This document shows, in pieces, positions 10,329 to 19,716 of a stretch of 56,164 bases of DNA (positions are counted from its first letter, which is position 1; each line of letters opens with the position of its first letter). The translations under genes and the position numbers were made by a program. The stretch is from a virus (lineage: Duplodnaviria; Caudoviricetes): positions 1-56,164 of IMG/VR virus record IMGVR_UViG_3300005918_000026; one strand, written 5' to 3'. The notes under the pieces are model-generated. The model did not search any database, was not told where the DNA came from, and saw nothing but the letters and a program-made list of their open reading frames with translations.

Positions 10329-10685
10329 ATGAGTAACCAGATTTTTAAAATAAAAAGGAACGACACGTTACCAGCTTTACAGTTAAATATTGTATCTAAA
10401 GGGAATTTAGGCCAAAAAATAGATTATAATCTTAGCGGAGTAAGTTCTATTTCTTTTTCTATGGCAGATGAGTGTAACAATCTAAAAGTGTATCAACAAT
10501 CCGCACAAACCATTTGTCACTCAGAAGGAACAATACAATACAACTGGCAAGATGGAGATACAGATACATCGGGTACTTATCGAGGAGAATTTGAATTAAC
10601 TTATGCTACGGGACAAAGAATGTCTCTCCCTCAAATGGGAAGTATAAAAATAGAAATCTTCGACGATATAAATTCTTTCGATTAA
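10329..10685 (+). CDS. BppU N-terminal-like (Ig-fold) baseplate/fibre-attachment protein
   Basis: IKRNDTLPAL...GTIQYNWQDGDTDTSGTYRGEFELTY pattern. Confidence 0.65.
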   Translation: MSNQIFKIKRNDTLPALQLNIVSKGNLGQKIDYNLSGVSSISFSMADECNNLKVYQQSAQTICHSEGTIQYNWQDGDTDTSGTYRGEFELTYATGQRMSLPQMGSIKIEIFDDINSFD

Positions 10686-10733
10686 ATAGGTTTTCTGGCA
10701 CTCTTTTTGCCTTATTTATAAGTAAAAAAAGCT

Positions 10734-11801
10734 ATGAAAAAATTACTACTTCTAATCACAATTTTAATTACGTCAATCTTCTCATATTCACAAGTAGATG
10801 ATTATGATGATGTTTATTATTCACCCCCTAAAGATACAATATATATTGTTGATACCGTTTACGCGGATGCCGCTGTAGAGGAAAATACGTATATTACCAA
10901 CAATTATTATGATGAGTATGATTATAATGATTATGAGGACTACGGATACACAAAAAGAATCCATAGGTTTCACAGAGGTTATTCTCATGGATATTATTCA
11001 AATTACTATTCAAACTACTATTTCTTATTTTCTGTAGGTGGAGCTGATTGTTATTTCTCAAATTATTACTACCCATATTACTACGGACATTATTACCGTC
11101 CACATCACTATTGGGGATATAGACCATACTATTATGGTTACAGTTCACACCACTATTGGGGATACAGTCACTACTATTCTCACAATAACCACGGATATTG
11201 GAATGGGTATAATGACGGCTATAACGATGGAAATTATAATAACTGGAATTATACCACATCAAACAATAATAACATTTATTATGGTCACAGAGAAAATGGT
11301 TCAACAAGCGGAACTGGTCACAGAACTCCTGCGATTACTTCTACTTCCACTAGACCGTCTGCTACCACAACCAAACCTGTTACATACACTAGACCATCAA
11401 ATTATACATCTAGCAAAACCAATAAACCATCTACATATAAAAAGCCGAATACTTATACAAGACCGACTTCAACATATAAAAAGCCGAATACTTATACAAG
11501 ACCGACTTCAACATATAAAAAGCCGAATACTTATACAAGACCAACTTCAACATATAAAAAGCCGAATACCTATACAAGACCGACTTCAACATATAAAAAG
11601 CCGAATACATACACAAGGCCGACTTCAACATATAAAAAGCCGAATACTTATACTAAGCCTAGCAGTTCAAGTAGGGCTAATTATAGTAGACCAAGCAGCT
11701 CGCCTAGCAGGTCAAATAGTTCTTATAGTAGACCAAGCTCTTCGAGCAATAAATCACACTCTCGAAGTTCATCTAGCTCATCTTCTTCAAGAAGAAGATA
11801 A
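10734..11801 (+). CDS. Secreted Bacteroidota-like Tyr/His-rich protein with Ser/Thr/Arg-rich repetitive tail
   Basis: Signal peptide MKKLLLLITILITSIFSYS followed by Q; DDVYY, Y..RI.RFHR and YYGHR motifs; low-complexity C-terminus. Confidence 0.8.
   Translation: MKKLLLLITILITSIFSYSQVDDYDDVYYSPPKDTIYIVDTVYADAAVEENTYITNNYYDEYDYNDYEDYGYTKRIHRFHRGYSHGYYSNYYSNYYFLFSVGGADCYFSNYYYPYYYGHYYRPHHYWGYRPYYYGYSSHHYWGYSHYYSHNNHGYWNGYNDGYNDGNYNNWNYTTSNNNNIYYGHRENGSTSGTGHRTPAITSTSTRPSATTTKPVTYTRPSNYTSSKTNKPSTYKKPNTYTRPTSTYKKPNTYTRPTSTYKKPNTYTRPTSTYKKPNTYTRPTSTYKKPNTYTRPTSTYKKPNTYTKPSSSSRANYSRPSSSPSRSNSSYSRPSSSSNKSHSRSSSSSSSSRRR
11430..11660 (+). repeat. 39-bp coding tandem repeat, about 6 copies (STYKKPNTYTRPT)
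   Basis: Unit ACATATAAAAAGCCGAATACTTATACAAGACCGACTTCA, head to tail without spacers, with synonymous variation. Confidence 0.95.
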
Positions 11802-11832
11802 AAAAAAAGGGAGGCTATCATGTCTCCCTTTT
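11801..11832. terminator. Bidirectional intrinsic terminator
   Basis: AAAAGGGAGGC-TATCAT-GTCTCCCTTTT between convergent genes. Confidence 0.85.
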
Positions 11833-11855
11833 ATATTTTTAAAAAATTTCTCAGT

Positions 11856-12974
11856 CTAATACGCTCCTCCATCAAGCACATCCAGCTCCGTCAACACTCT
11901 CACTCCATTCGGACTAACAGTTGTTCCGCTTTCTCGAATTCGAATATCATATAAATTTGTAGCGAATGAGCGATTGTTAGCGCCTATACCAGTCCCTCTA
12001 ATATCAAAGTATGCAGTAGTTCCACTTACCCCCAACCCATCCTGGACTTCCCACCCAGCTCCCAAAGAGGTCACTGATGTATCACCAGTAGGATTAAAGT
12101 TCATAGTAATTCTATTATCTTCAATATAAAGCTGTCCAGTATATGCGCTAATAGCTGCTCCATACACAGTTAAATTCCCGTGAATAACCAAATCTCCCAC
12201 GCCTGGACTAGCTATTGAACCCCCTGAGCCTATCTCTCCATTTGTAACATACATGGTACTTGTAGATTCATTATACTGAAACCCTGTTTCTCCTGTAAGA
12301 GAACCATCACTAGCAATGTAAACTATTTGGCTTGGTGTTAAATTTGTTGTAATTCCAGAAACGGCTAAATTATAAGCGTATACGTTTTGCCAATAAGCAG
12401 AGGGTGAACCTAAATTATAAGCACCATCTACACTTGGCACAATGTTGCCGCCAGCTGTTGTTGCACTTCCAAGAATTGTGTTTGCAAGTACATTTAAATT
12501 ATCAATTGTGAGTGATGATGCAGATATAGAAGGTACAAAAAGTGTACTTGAAGATGCGACATAAGAAAATTGAGAACTTGCAGAAAACTCTCCTCCATAA
12601 TTATACTGAACATTATAATCACTTCCAGCTGCAGATGAACTAATATCAGCAATATTCGCCAATATCATTCCAGCACTTGTTGTACCACTTAAAAATTGGC
12701 CAGCCATATTAGTTACGCCAGCATATTCAGTAATAGTTCCACCAGAACCAATTATAAAATTATTGTTAATATTTAAGCTAGTTAGTTTTGAGCCAACTTC
12801 AAATACTGTCGGTTGCCCGCCTGCTGGAATAAAACTACCGCCTGTATACCCAGAAAAATATAAGATACCATCAAAAACGTTTACAAACGGCTCTCCATAA
12901 AAAGCATTAATAGGAACACTTCCACCAGTAGAGATTTTTTTTCTTAATTTATATCTAATATCTTTTAACGCCAC
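11856..12974 (-). CDS. Tail fibre-like structural protein
   Basis: 372 aa, GTG start, GEPFVN..DGILY N-terminal fibre motif; IEDNRITMN...AGWEVQDG module resembles ISDNLLTLN...AGIEIDRG in 5999..9853; ends LDGGAY. Confidence 0.7.
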   Translation of the reverse strand: MALKDIRYKLRKKISTGGSVPINAFYGEPFVNVFDGILYFSGYTGGSFIPAGGQPTVFEVGSKLTSLNINNNFIIGSGGTITEYAGVTNMAGQFLSGTTSAGMILANIADISSSAAGSDYNVQYNYGGEFSASSQFSYVASSSTLFVPSISASSLTIDNLNVLANTILGSATTAGGNIVPSVDGAYNLGSPSAYWQNVYAYNLAVSGITTNLTPSQIVYIASDGSLTGETGFQYNESTSTMYVTNGEIGSGGSIASPGVGDLVIHGNLTVYGAAISAYTGQLYIEDNRITMNFNPTGDTSVTSLGAGWEVQDGLGVSGTTAYFDIRGTGIGANNRSFATNLYDIRIRESGTTVSPNGVRVLTELDVLDGGAY

Positions 12975-13032
12975 AATACACCATTTATTATAAATAGTAT
13001 TTTTTTGTTAATTTTCAAGCTAAATTATAACC

Positions 13033-13063
13033 AAAAAAAAAGAGGGAATTTTTATCCCTCTTT
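13033..13063 (-). terminator. Intrinsic terminator after tail sheath
   Basis: AAAGAGGGA...TCCCTCTTT hairpin with an A9 tract (U-tract on the minus strand). Confidence 0.8.
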
Positions 13064-13086
13064 AATTTTTTTATGTTTGAGACCTT

Positions 13087-15504
13087 TTAAAAGTCTTCGA
13101 AGTTTGCGCCAGCTGGAAGCACTTGGAAAGTAAGGTCAATGTATTCTACAGTTCTTGTAGGTTTCAATTGAATCTTTCCTACCAATGTGTTTCTATCAAT
13201 TGTATCATTGTTATTGTTTGAATCGTCCATTACAACCTTAAAGGAATATAATCCTCTTTGATTTTGGATTTGTAACAATATTGGTTCAACTTTAGCTAAG
13301 AATTGGTCACGAATCGTTTGGTCATTTTGCTCGAACAATAATGTTAATGAAGCTGCTGCAACAAGCCTTCTAACTTGAAGAAGAAGTCTTCTAACATTAA
13401 TTCTATCAAGAGCTGATTGACGTTGTTGTAAAGTTTTTTGTCCTAAAATTACGATTCCTTGTTGTACAAAAGAAGCAATTGGATTAACTCTACCTCTATA
13501 AAGAGTATCTCTACTGTTTTTATTTAATTTAACATCAGTTTTCTTAATACTTGAACCAGCGATACCTCTATTAAAACCTGCAGGTGCGTACCATGGGTTC
13601 GCTACACTATCTGTCAAAGCGATTGCTTTAATTGCAAGCAATGTAGCAGGCTGATAAGTATATTTACCTGTATTGTTGTCCACAATTTGAATCCATGGCC
13701 AGAATGTTGTTGCATAATTAGAATCCACTCCTGTTGACTCTAATAAATTTACAACTTCTTCTGGTGTTCCCTTGGTTTGTCCAACAGTTATCCTTGGAGC
13801 ATCAATTACATAAAGTGAATCAGCTCTTTCTTCGATTACATCAAGAGCATACTTGATAATATCATAGTTATGGCTGAAATCGATACCTGGAGTTGCGAAT
13901 AAGTTAATATCAACATCTTCTGGATTTTCAAACGTGTCAACCGCTGATTTAAATGCGTATACATTTGCTTGATAAGCATCTGTGAATAATGCGTAAGGGT
14001 CAGATGACATTTGATATTTGTCCCATCCATCAAATCCGCCGTAAGGAGATACGGTAAATTTCAATTTATTTTTATCAATTAAAGTCCCAGCCACATTTGT
14101 ATATGCAGTAAGAGAATTTAAACTTCCACTTTCAAACTGAGTAGAGTTTGCAGTATTCTCAAGGTGAAAACCTTTAATTGTTGTTTTTCCTGTTGCTACA
14201 CCACCTTCATACTCAAACATATCTGCTTCTAAACTCTTAACTTGATTAGAAGTTGAAGCCGCTGCGTTTGTGTTTGTATATCCTTTTTCAGAAAGTCCAA
14301 GATATGTTTTGAAAATTGAATCTCCTGATAAGTATCCAGTTTTATAATAAAATACTGGAGGTGTTGCCTCACTAACCGTTGTGCCTCCTCTAAGCTCATA
14401 TCCTCTAAATCCAGAAGGAACAGCATTAGAAGGAATTGCATCAGCCAACTCTAAAGCTATAAAGCTAGATTTGATTGGGAATTCTTCATCATAAGTTCCA
14501 ATTACCTTAGCAATATAATTCTCAGCTGTGTCATCAAGAGTCATATTTGAAAATCTCTCAAGAGCCGTTGCGCCAACCTCAGCATCTGTATCAGAGAATC
14601 TTCTAACAATAACATCAAAAGTATAATTAACAATATCAATATTTGATATCGAAATTTTCAATTCTGTGTTTGCCGCGTCACCATCAGAAATAGTTCTGAA
14701 CTTAAACAAATTTCTTACTTGTCCACCAATAACTCTGGATACAATCCAAGGAGTTGTTGCATGTGTATATTCATTCTCAAAATCTGTATAGTTAACATCT
14801 GTTTTATAAACTGGCGTTGCTTGTACATTTACAATATCACCTCTTGATGTTGCTTCTCTAATAAAATGAGGATAGATTTTTTCCACATAGAAATTAGGAA
14901 CCTCATCTAAAATTTCTGTTGTTTTTCCAAGAATCTTAACAATGTAATTATCTTTTGTTTCATCTAAGGAAACTGTATAACTATTTCCAGATTCAGCCCC
15001 CACGAATGGACCTGTACTTCCACTTATTGTGAAGTCTCCCAGCGGAGATGTTGGAGCGGTCAATATTTCGATATCACTTTCCAAAGTATAATAGAAAGCT
15101 CCACTGATTTGATTTCTCTTACTTCTCAGTATTGCAAGTGTTGCACCTGAATATTGTCCATTTGCCTCGGCCGTATAATCAGCTACAAGTAACCATCCAT
15201 TTGAATTTTCAAAACCTGCGTCAGAACCGTCTTCTTTCCCTGTTCCAAGTACTCTTGTCACTGTTAAATCATTAGCCTGCGCCAAAAACGAACTCGCTAC
15301 ATAAGGTAAAGGCAAGTCTGGAGACGTACCACCGAATCTTAACAGAAATTCATCTGATGTTGCAATTTTTATTGGTTCAAAAGCTGGTCCTTTTTCTGTA
15401 AGTCCAGCTAATCCCAATCTTGTTATTCCAATCCTAGAAGCGAAAACGCTAAAATCTTGTTCTTTAGTATAAACGCCTGGGGATACAAAGATAGTCGTTG
15501 CCAT
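13087..15504 (-). CDS. gp18: Tail sheath protein (T4 gp18-like)
   Basis: FVSPGVYTKEQD, KGPAFEP, PWYAPAGFNRG, RDTLY..RVNPI, GQKTLQ, SALDRINVRRLL. Confidence 0.97.
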   Translation of the reverse strand: MATTIFVSPGVYTKEQDFSVFASRIGITRLGLAGLTEKGPAFEPIKIATSDEFLLRFGGTSPDLPLPYVASSFLAQANDLTVTRVLGTGKEDGSDAGFENSNGWLLVADYTAEANGQYSGATLAILRSKRNQISGAFYYTLESDIEILTAPTSPLGDFTISGSTGPFVGAESGNSYTVSLDETKDNYIVKILGKTTEILDEVPNFYVEKIYPHFIREATSRGDIVNVQATPVYKTDVNYTDFENEYTHATTPWIVSRVIGGQVRNLFKFRTISDGDAANTELKISISNIDIVNYTFDVIVRRFSDTDAEVGATALERFSNMTLDDTAENYIAKVIGTYDEEFPIKSSFIALELADAIPSNAVPSGFRGYELRGGTTVSEATPPVFYYKTGYLSGDSIFKTYLGLSEKGYTNTNAAASTSNQVKSLEADMFEYEGGVATGKTTIKGFHLENTANSTQFESGSLNSLTAYTNVAGTLIDKNKLKFTVSPYGGFDGWDKYQMSSDPYALFTDAYQANVYAFKSAVDTFENPEDVDINLFATPGIDFSHNYDIIKYALDVIEERADSLYVIDAPRITVGQTKGTPEEVVNLLESTGVDSNYATTFWPWIQIVDNNTGKYTYQPATLLAIKAIALTDSVANPWYAPAGFNRGIAGSSIKKTDVKLNKNSRDTLYRGRVNPIASFVQQGIVILGQKTLQQRQSALDRINVRRLLLQVRRLVAAASLTLLFEQNDQTIRDQFLAKVEPILLQIQNQRGLYSFKVVMDDSNNNNDTIDRNTLVGKIQLKPTRTVEYIDLTFQVLPAGANFEDF

Positions 15505-15569
15505 ATTTTATCAATTTTTTGTATATTCTATAACTTTTTTATAAATAGATAAAAAAAGTGTTAATTAAT

Positions 15570-16280
15570 TTATTTCTCTGAAATTTTAATAGAAATTTTA
15601 GTAATTGTATTTACACGCTCAAACTTTGTAGGGTCAATCAACTTTCCATGTACTGTTATTGGAAAAATAATCTGATACACACGTTCACTCGCAATATCCT
15701 CAATACTATTTTCTTCCGAAGGTTCTTCAATGATAGAAGTTACATCATATCCATTTATTTTAAGATACCCCTGACCATCTGAATAAGCTTGATACATCAT
15801 CATCTCATAAAAATCATCTACATCTTCGGTATAATGTGCAACAAATCTTATCTCATAAAAAATATCAACATATACTGGTTGTGGTATTTTATAAATATCA
15901 AACCCTTTAAGAGTTCCATCAAAAACAGGAACCTTTACAAATTTAAAAGGCTTGTGTTTTGGAACAGTATATCTAAAAGGAGCAGTTCCTCTTTTCACTG
16001 CAGTTCTATACATTGAAATATATGGACGACTCACCTCTTCCCCATTCTCATTCCTCATATCTTTCCAGTTCATCTTCCTCTCAGCCCACAATTCATGCAT
16101 TGTATGAATAACAGGAACTTTCTTCATTTTCCCGTTTTCATCCATCACACTAAAATTAAAATCTTTTAAAAATCCCATGAGCCCAAGCCCAAAATCTTCT
16201 AACTCTAATTTTTGTGGTAAATAAGCGCTGTTTTCAAACTGTCTATCAAGGTTTGCATCAATGTTATCTAATACCGACAT
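15570..16280 (-). CDS. Tail terminator / sheath stabiliser (T4 gp15-like)
   Basis: KVPVI...E.W, RPYISM.R, IPQPVYVDIFYEI motifs; position between neck and sheath genes. Confidence 0.65.
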   Translation of the reverse strand: MSVLDNIDANLDRQFENSAYLPQKLELEDFGLGLMGFLKDFNFSVMDENGKMKKVPVIHTMHELWAERKMNWKDMRNENGEEVSRPYISMYRTAVKRGTAPFRYTVPKHKPFKFVKVPVFDGTLKGFDIYKIPQPVYVDIFYEIRFVAHYTEDVDDFYEMMMYQAYSDGQGYLKINGYDVTSIIEEPSEENSIEDIASERVYQIIFPITVHGKLIDPTKFERVNTITKISIKISEK

Positions 16281-16311
16281 ACTCTTTTTAATATAAATAG
16301 TTTAAAAATTA

Positions 16312-16343
16312 CTTGATTTCTTGAATAATATTTCCTAATATTG
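16312..16343 (+). promoter_or_regulatory. Bacteroidota-type promoter (CTTG-N20-TAATATTG) pointing into the intergenic structured region
   Basis: Same architecture as the element upstream of the A1-like gene (49259-49290): TTGATT...TAnTATTGCAnTG. Confidence 0.55.
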
Positions 16344-16346
16344 CAG

Positions 16347-16630
16347 TGACTGTTTTATCCTGTGACTCTTTTATTTCAGGGGCGTTGGTTTTCGAACACA
16401 GGAGTTTTGTGCACTGGTATGCTGATACACAGAGACTTATAAAACAAACAACCTATCTCCAAATTGTCGAAAGACAAGGAAGGGGGTAGGGGGTTGGTTT
16501 TTCCAGATTTTGTCCCTAATTTGCTGAATGAGATATAGACCTAACTTTTAAATTAGACATAGAAGTATACATTAGATAAAAGTTAAAGATTAGATAGAAG
16601 TATCCTATCATATAGAATTTTTTTTCAGCA
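16347..16630 (+). ncRNA. Candidate structured non-coding RNA (about 280 nt), family not recognised
   Basis: Nested helices with G-U pairs on +: 16351-58/16439-46, 16359-64/16397-402, 16403-11/16428-37, 16452-60/16482-90, 16522-28/16624-30, 16542-50/16577-85; UUCG and GAAA tetraloops; no ORF. Confidence 0.6.
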
Positions 16631-16637
16631 GCGCGTT

Positions 16638-17204
16638 TTATCTTGCTTTGAAAATATCTTCATCAATTTCGACAGCTTCTATTGAAATAAAGAATTTTCT
16701 ATCACCACCCCACGAATGTTGATTGCTAAACTGGGAATGTCCATCATCAATGATTTTATAAAATTGACCTTTAAATTCAAGAAAATCGCCCATACGCATT
16801 GATGAGATTATTTCATTATCACTTTTGCGCCATATCAATTTAAGTTCTTCTAAGTGTTCAATATAAATGTGAGCGGTGAAATTACCCATTCCTTTCTTTA
16901 TAGGTCCACCCTTAGATTGAAAACTAGGTTTATCTACTGTTACATTTATTCTTCCAAAGACTTCTATTTCTGGCATCCAAACTTTTTGTTTAGCTTCGCC
17001 ATAAAGTTTGTGAGTTTTTGTTTTCTTAAGGTCAATACGATATAGGAGGAAACTTTCTAAGAGAATTTTCTCTGTAATTTCCCTGCCAGCTTGGTGAAAG
17101 AATTCAGCTTCTTTTTCACCAAAAAACAACTTAATACCTTTTTTGTTGTTTTCGTGCTCTTTTACCTTTTCAGGTTGCTTTCCTATTTCGTCTATATTTG
17201 ACAT
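16638..17204 (-). CDS. Neck / head-closure protein (T4 gp14-like)
   Basis: LYRID...H.LYGEA, GDFLEF...YKI motifs; gene order. Confidence 0.65.
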   Translation of the reverse strand: MSNIDEIGKQPEKVKEHENNKKGIKLFFGEKEAEFFHQAGREITEKILLESFLLYRIDLKKTKTHKLYGEAKQKVWMPEIEVFGRINVTVDKPSFQSKGGPIKKGMGNFTAHIYIEHLEELKLIWRKSDNEIISSMRMGDFLEFKGQFYKIIDDGHSQFSNQHSWGGDRKFFISIEAVEIDEDIFKAR

Positions 17205-17208
17205 ATTA

Positions 17209-18126
17209 TTAATTTGTAAATCTTACATCACTAGGAATCAAAGAGTTTCTATGAACCCTAAAAATGAAAGATAGTGTTTTTTCATTGTTCGATAAATAAT
17301 CAATTGATACTTCGTTATTAAATTTCATAGCAGATACAACATCTATTAAACCGTTGGTTAATTTGAATATTTTATTATCAACATAAATCCATTCGTCGAA
17401 TTTCATAAGACCATCTTTGAATATTTTTTTAGCTTTATATGCATTTTCAAACCTTGGGGCTTCTGTTAAAAGATTTATTTGTTCTTTAATCGTAGCTCTT
17501 ATTTTATTTTCATGTGATTCGTCTAACATTTTATGCCTTTTATTTATAGCAGTTTCTAATAATTTTTCTAACCATATCCAGGCCTCTTTTTTACCTTGGT
17601 CAGTAATTTGCACATCTTTATAGTCAACTCCATCTTCACTGTCTTGCCATGCTCGATATCCCTTTTCTGTTTTTTTGAGTTGGTTGCCAGCTTCTACAGG
17701 AGGAATTAATACATATTTACGATGCATATTTATAAATCCTTTTCTTTCTAAATCCCAAACATATTTTTTTTCAGAGTAATAATCACTACTTATTAGACTA
17801 TAAGCACGAGTTATTTCAACTTTAAAATACATTACAGGACATTCCCAATCGCCACCAGCCATATACATCTCTGCTTTAACTTCATATTTAACTGGTTGGT
17901 CTTTTCGAAGATTCTTCTTTATGTAGAAAGCTTTCTTTTCATTGGTTGAATCATTGTTTTCTAGGTCAAAATTTATTTTTTGAAAATCTTGAGCTTCTTT
18001 TATAACATCTATCCATGCACCATCCACAAGACTGTGATAATTGAAAATTTCTTTTTTCTTATCTTGTTTTCTGGAGGAAATTGATTCTCGTACCAGTTTT
18101 CTTATATGTTTTTCATTTTCTACCAC
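17209..18126 (-). CDS. Hypothetical protein (possible internal head protein)
   Basis: 305 aa, GTG overlapping the neck gene stop; IRKLVRESI and IRATIKEQI motifs. Confidence 0.65.
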   Translation of the reverse strand: MVENEKHIRKLVRESISSRKQDKKKEIFNYHSLVDGAWIDVIKEAQDFQKINFDLENNDSTNEKKAFYIKKNLRKDQPVKYEVKAEMYMAGGDWECPVMYFKVEITRAYSLISSDYYSEKKYVWDLERKGFINMHRKYVLIPPVEAGNQLKKTEKGYRAWQDSEDGVDYKDVQITDQGKKEAWIWLEKLLETAINKRHKMLDESHENKIRATIKEQINLLTEAPRFENAYKAKKIFKDGLMKFDEWIYVDNKIFKLTNGLIDVVSAMKFNNEVSIDYLSNNEKTLSFIFRVHRNSLIPSDVRFTN

Positions 18127-19316
18127 AAATATAATCCCATTGGTCCATAACTTAAGCTTGTATTTACAGCATCTTGAATAGCCGCATTTCTTTCCATGAT
18201 TTTATCATAATTAAGCTCTGTTAATTGTTCTTTAAGTTCGTCTCTGAGCATTTTTTGGTCTTCTCTACTAGTAGCGATTAAATCATCTTTATTTAGAGTT
18301 AATACAGCATCTGGAATTGGCAATTCTCCATTAAACTTACCTCTTATACCAATACCTAAAACTTCTTTTGCTAACGCTTGGGCGTATTTTTTAACCCATG
18401 TTTGAGCTACAGAATTTAATTGATTATATGCAATATAATTAAGTTGAGCATCTCCAGGAGAAGAAACTAATCCATTTCCTTGATATCCTGCGTCAATTTG
18501 TTCTTGTGTATGGCCAGTAAATCCAGGATTAGCTGTATTTCCAGAATATTCTGGATTTCCATAATTCCCGTATCTATCGTAATATCTGTAAAATAATCGC
18601 CCAGGAGTACCTGCACCACCACCAATTCCAGGGGCGGCATTACCAGCTTCTGACCCTGGCCTTGGAATAGGAAATAAAGTAATAACTTTTTTACCCTCGG
18701 CTCCAGGTCTGATTAGATATGAATATTCTGAACCTCTTACTCTGTTTCTCATTTCAGCGGCTTGAGCTGTCATAATAACATCGTATACAGGCATAACATG
18801 ATAAAGAGTGTGTCCCGCAAAAGATGCTCCAAATTCTGAGAATGCGATATTAGTATTTGCAAATGGGTCAAGTCCATATAAATTAATAAAACTAGGAGTA
18901 AACCATAATACCTCATTTATTTCTCTTTCAGTAGGTATTTCATAATGTTGTGTTCCAGCAGTAAGGATAATTGAATCAGTTTTTATTTCTCTGGTACCTT
19001 CTGCTCCTAATCCCGTTTGCTCTGCAATAGATTTCCCAAAAGATTTTTCAAAATATAAACTATTAGAAACATATTTGAGAGTAAAATCTACCTCAGATGG
19101 TAAACCTAACATTTCTCCTAACCTATTTGTCATTACCCAGTTATTTATATATGTAGAATACTCTTCTATTGCTTCACAAATACATTCTTCAATGTTTTCA
19201 TCAAGCAATTCTACACCCATCACAGGTGCACCAAGTTTTCTTCGTATACGACTGTATATTTTGACTATTTCGGTGCTGGTCATTCCTGACAGACAACCAT
19301 CTGTGCAAAAACTCAT
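18120..19316 (-). CDS. gp13: Neck / head-tail adaptor protein (T4 gp13-like)
   Basis: RRKLGAPVMGVEL, WVKKYAQALAKEVLG..RGKF..LPIP..VLTLN. Confidence 0.85.
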   Translation of the reverse strand: MSFCTDGCLSGMTSTEIVKIYSRIRRKLGAPVMGVELLDENIEECICEAIEEYSTYINNWVMTNRLGEMLGLPSEVDFTLKYVSNSLYFEKSFGKSIAEQTGLGAEGTREIKTDSIILTAGTQHYEIPTEREINEVLWFTPSFINLYGLDPFANTNIAFSEFGASFAGHTLYHVMPVYDVIMTAQAAEMRNRVRGSEYSYLIRPGAEGKKVITLFPIPRPGSEAGNAAPGIGGGAGTPGRLFYRYYDRYGNYGNPEYSGNTANPGFTGHTQEQIDAGYQGNGLVSSPGDAQLNYIAYNQLNSVAQTWVKKYAQALAKEVLGIGIRGKFNGELPIPDAVLTLNKDDLIATSREDQKMLRDELKEQLTELNYDKIMERNAAIQDAVNTSLSYGPMGLYLW

Positions 19317-19331
19317 AATATTCTATTTTTA

Positions 19332-19598
19332 TTATTTATAATAAGGAGGTTGTTGTGTCTGTTGATGATGAGACTTAAACCCCACGAAAGAACCACTTGA
19401 TACGGTACATTTACCAATAAGAACATCTATAGTTTGACCAGACGTTGCCGTCCAGGTGAAGTTGCCACCACCCTGCGGTTTTACTATAATGGCACCATTA
19501 GTTAAACATAAAATTTGATGAACTACTGATGTTTCCGTGTTTGCAGTATAACCCGCATCTAATGATACACTTTCAAAATTTTGATTGTAAAAAGCCAT
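19332..19598 (-). CDS. Small hypothetical virion protein
   Basis: 88-aa beta-rich ORF directly after MCP, with TATTTATA at 19614-19621. Confidence 0.65.
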   Translation of the reverse strand: MAFYNQNFESVSLDAGYTANTETSVVHQILCLTNGAIIVKPQGGGNFTWTATSGQTIDVLIGKCTVSSGSFVGFKSHHQQTQQPPYYK

Positions 19599-19663
19599 TG
19601 TTTTAAGTTTTTTTATAAATAGTGAAAAAAATTACAATGGTTTCTAATCTGGGAGGTATAGAC

Positions 19664-19694
19664 AAAAAAAAAGAGGAACAATGTTCCTCTTTTT
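19664..19694 (-). terminator. Intrinsic terminator after major capsid gene
   Basis: AAAAAGAGGAACA-A-TGTTCCTCTTTTT inverted repeat with A-tract. Confidence 0.85.
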
Positions 19695-19716
19695 AATATG
19701 GTAGTTAATCTTACTA

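Noticed and set aside
11430-11660. CRISPR-like array of about 39-bp units
   Set aside because: Units are contiguous with no unique spacers, length is a multiple of 3, and variation is synonymous: a coding tandem repeat.
11038-11859. 273-aa alternative-frame ORF and antisense ORFs over the Tyr-rich gene
   Set aside because: Shadow frames created by low-complexity and repeat sequence; the 10734 frame has the signal peptide, promoter motif and terminator.
16379-16397. GGGGCGTTGGTTTTCGAAC resembling a tmRNA 5' end
   Set aside because: No T-arm/CCA acceptor end or tag reading frame nearby; the segment is better explained as internal hairpins of the candidate RNA.
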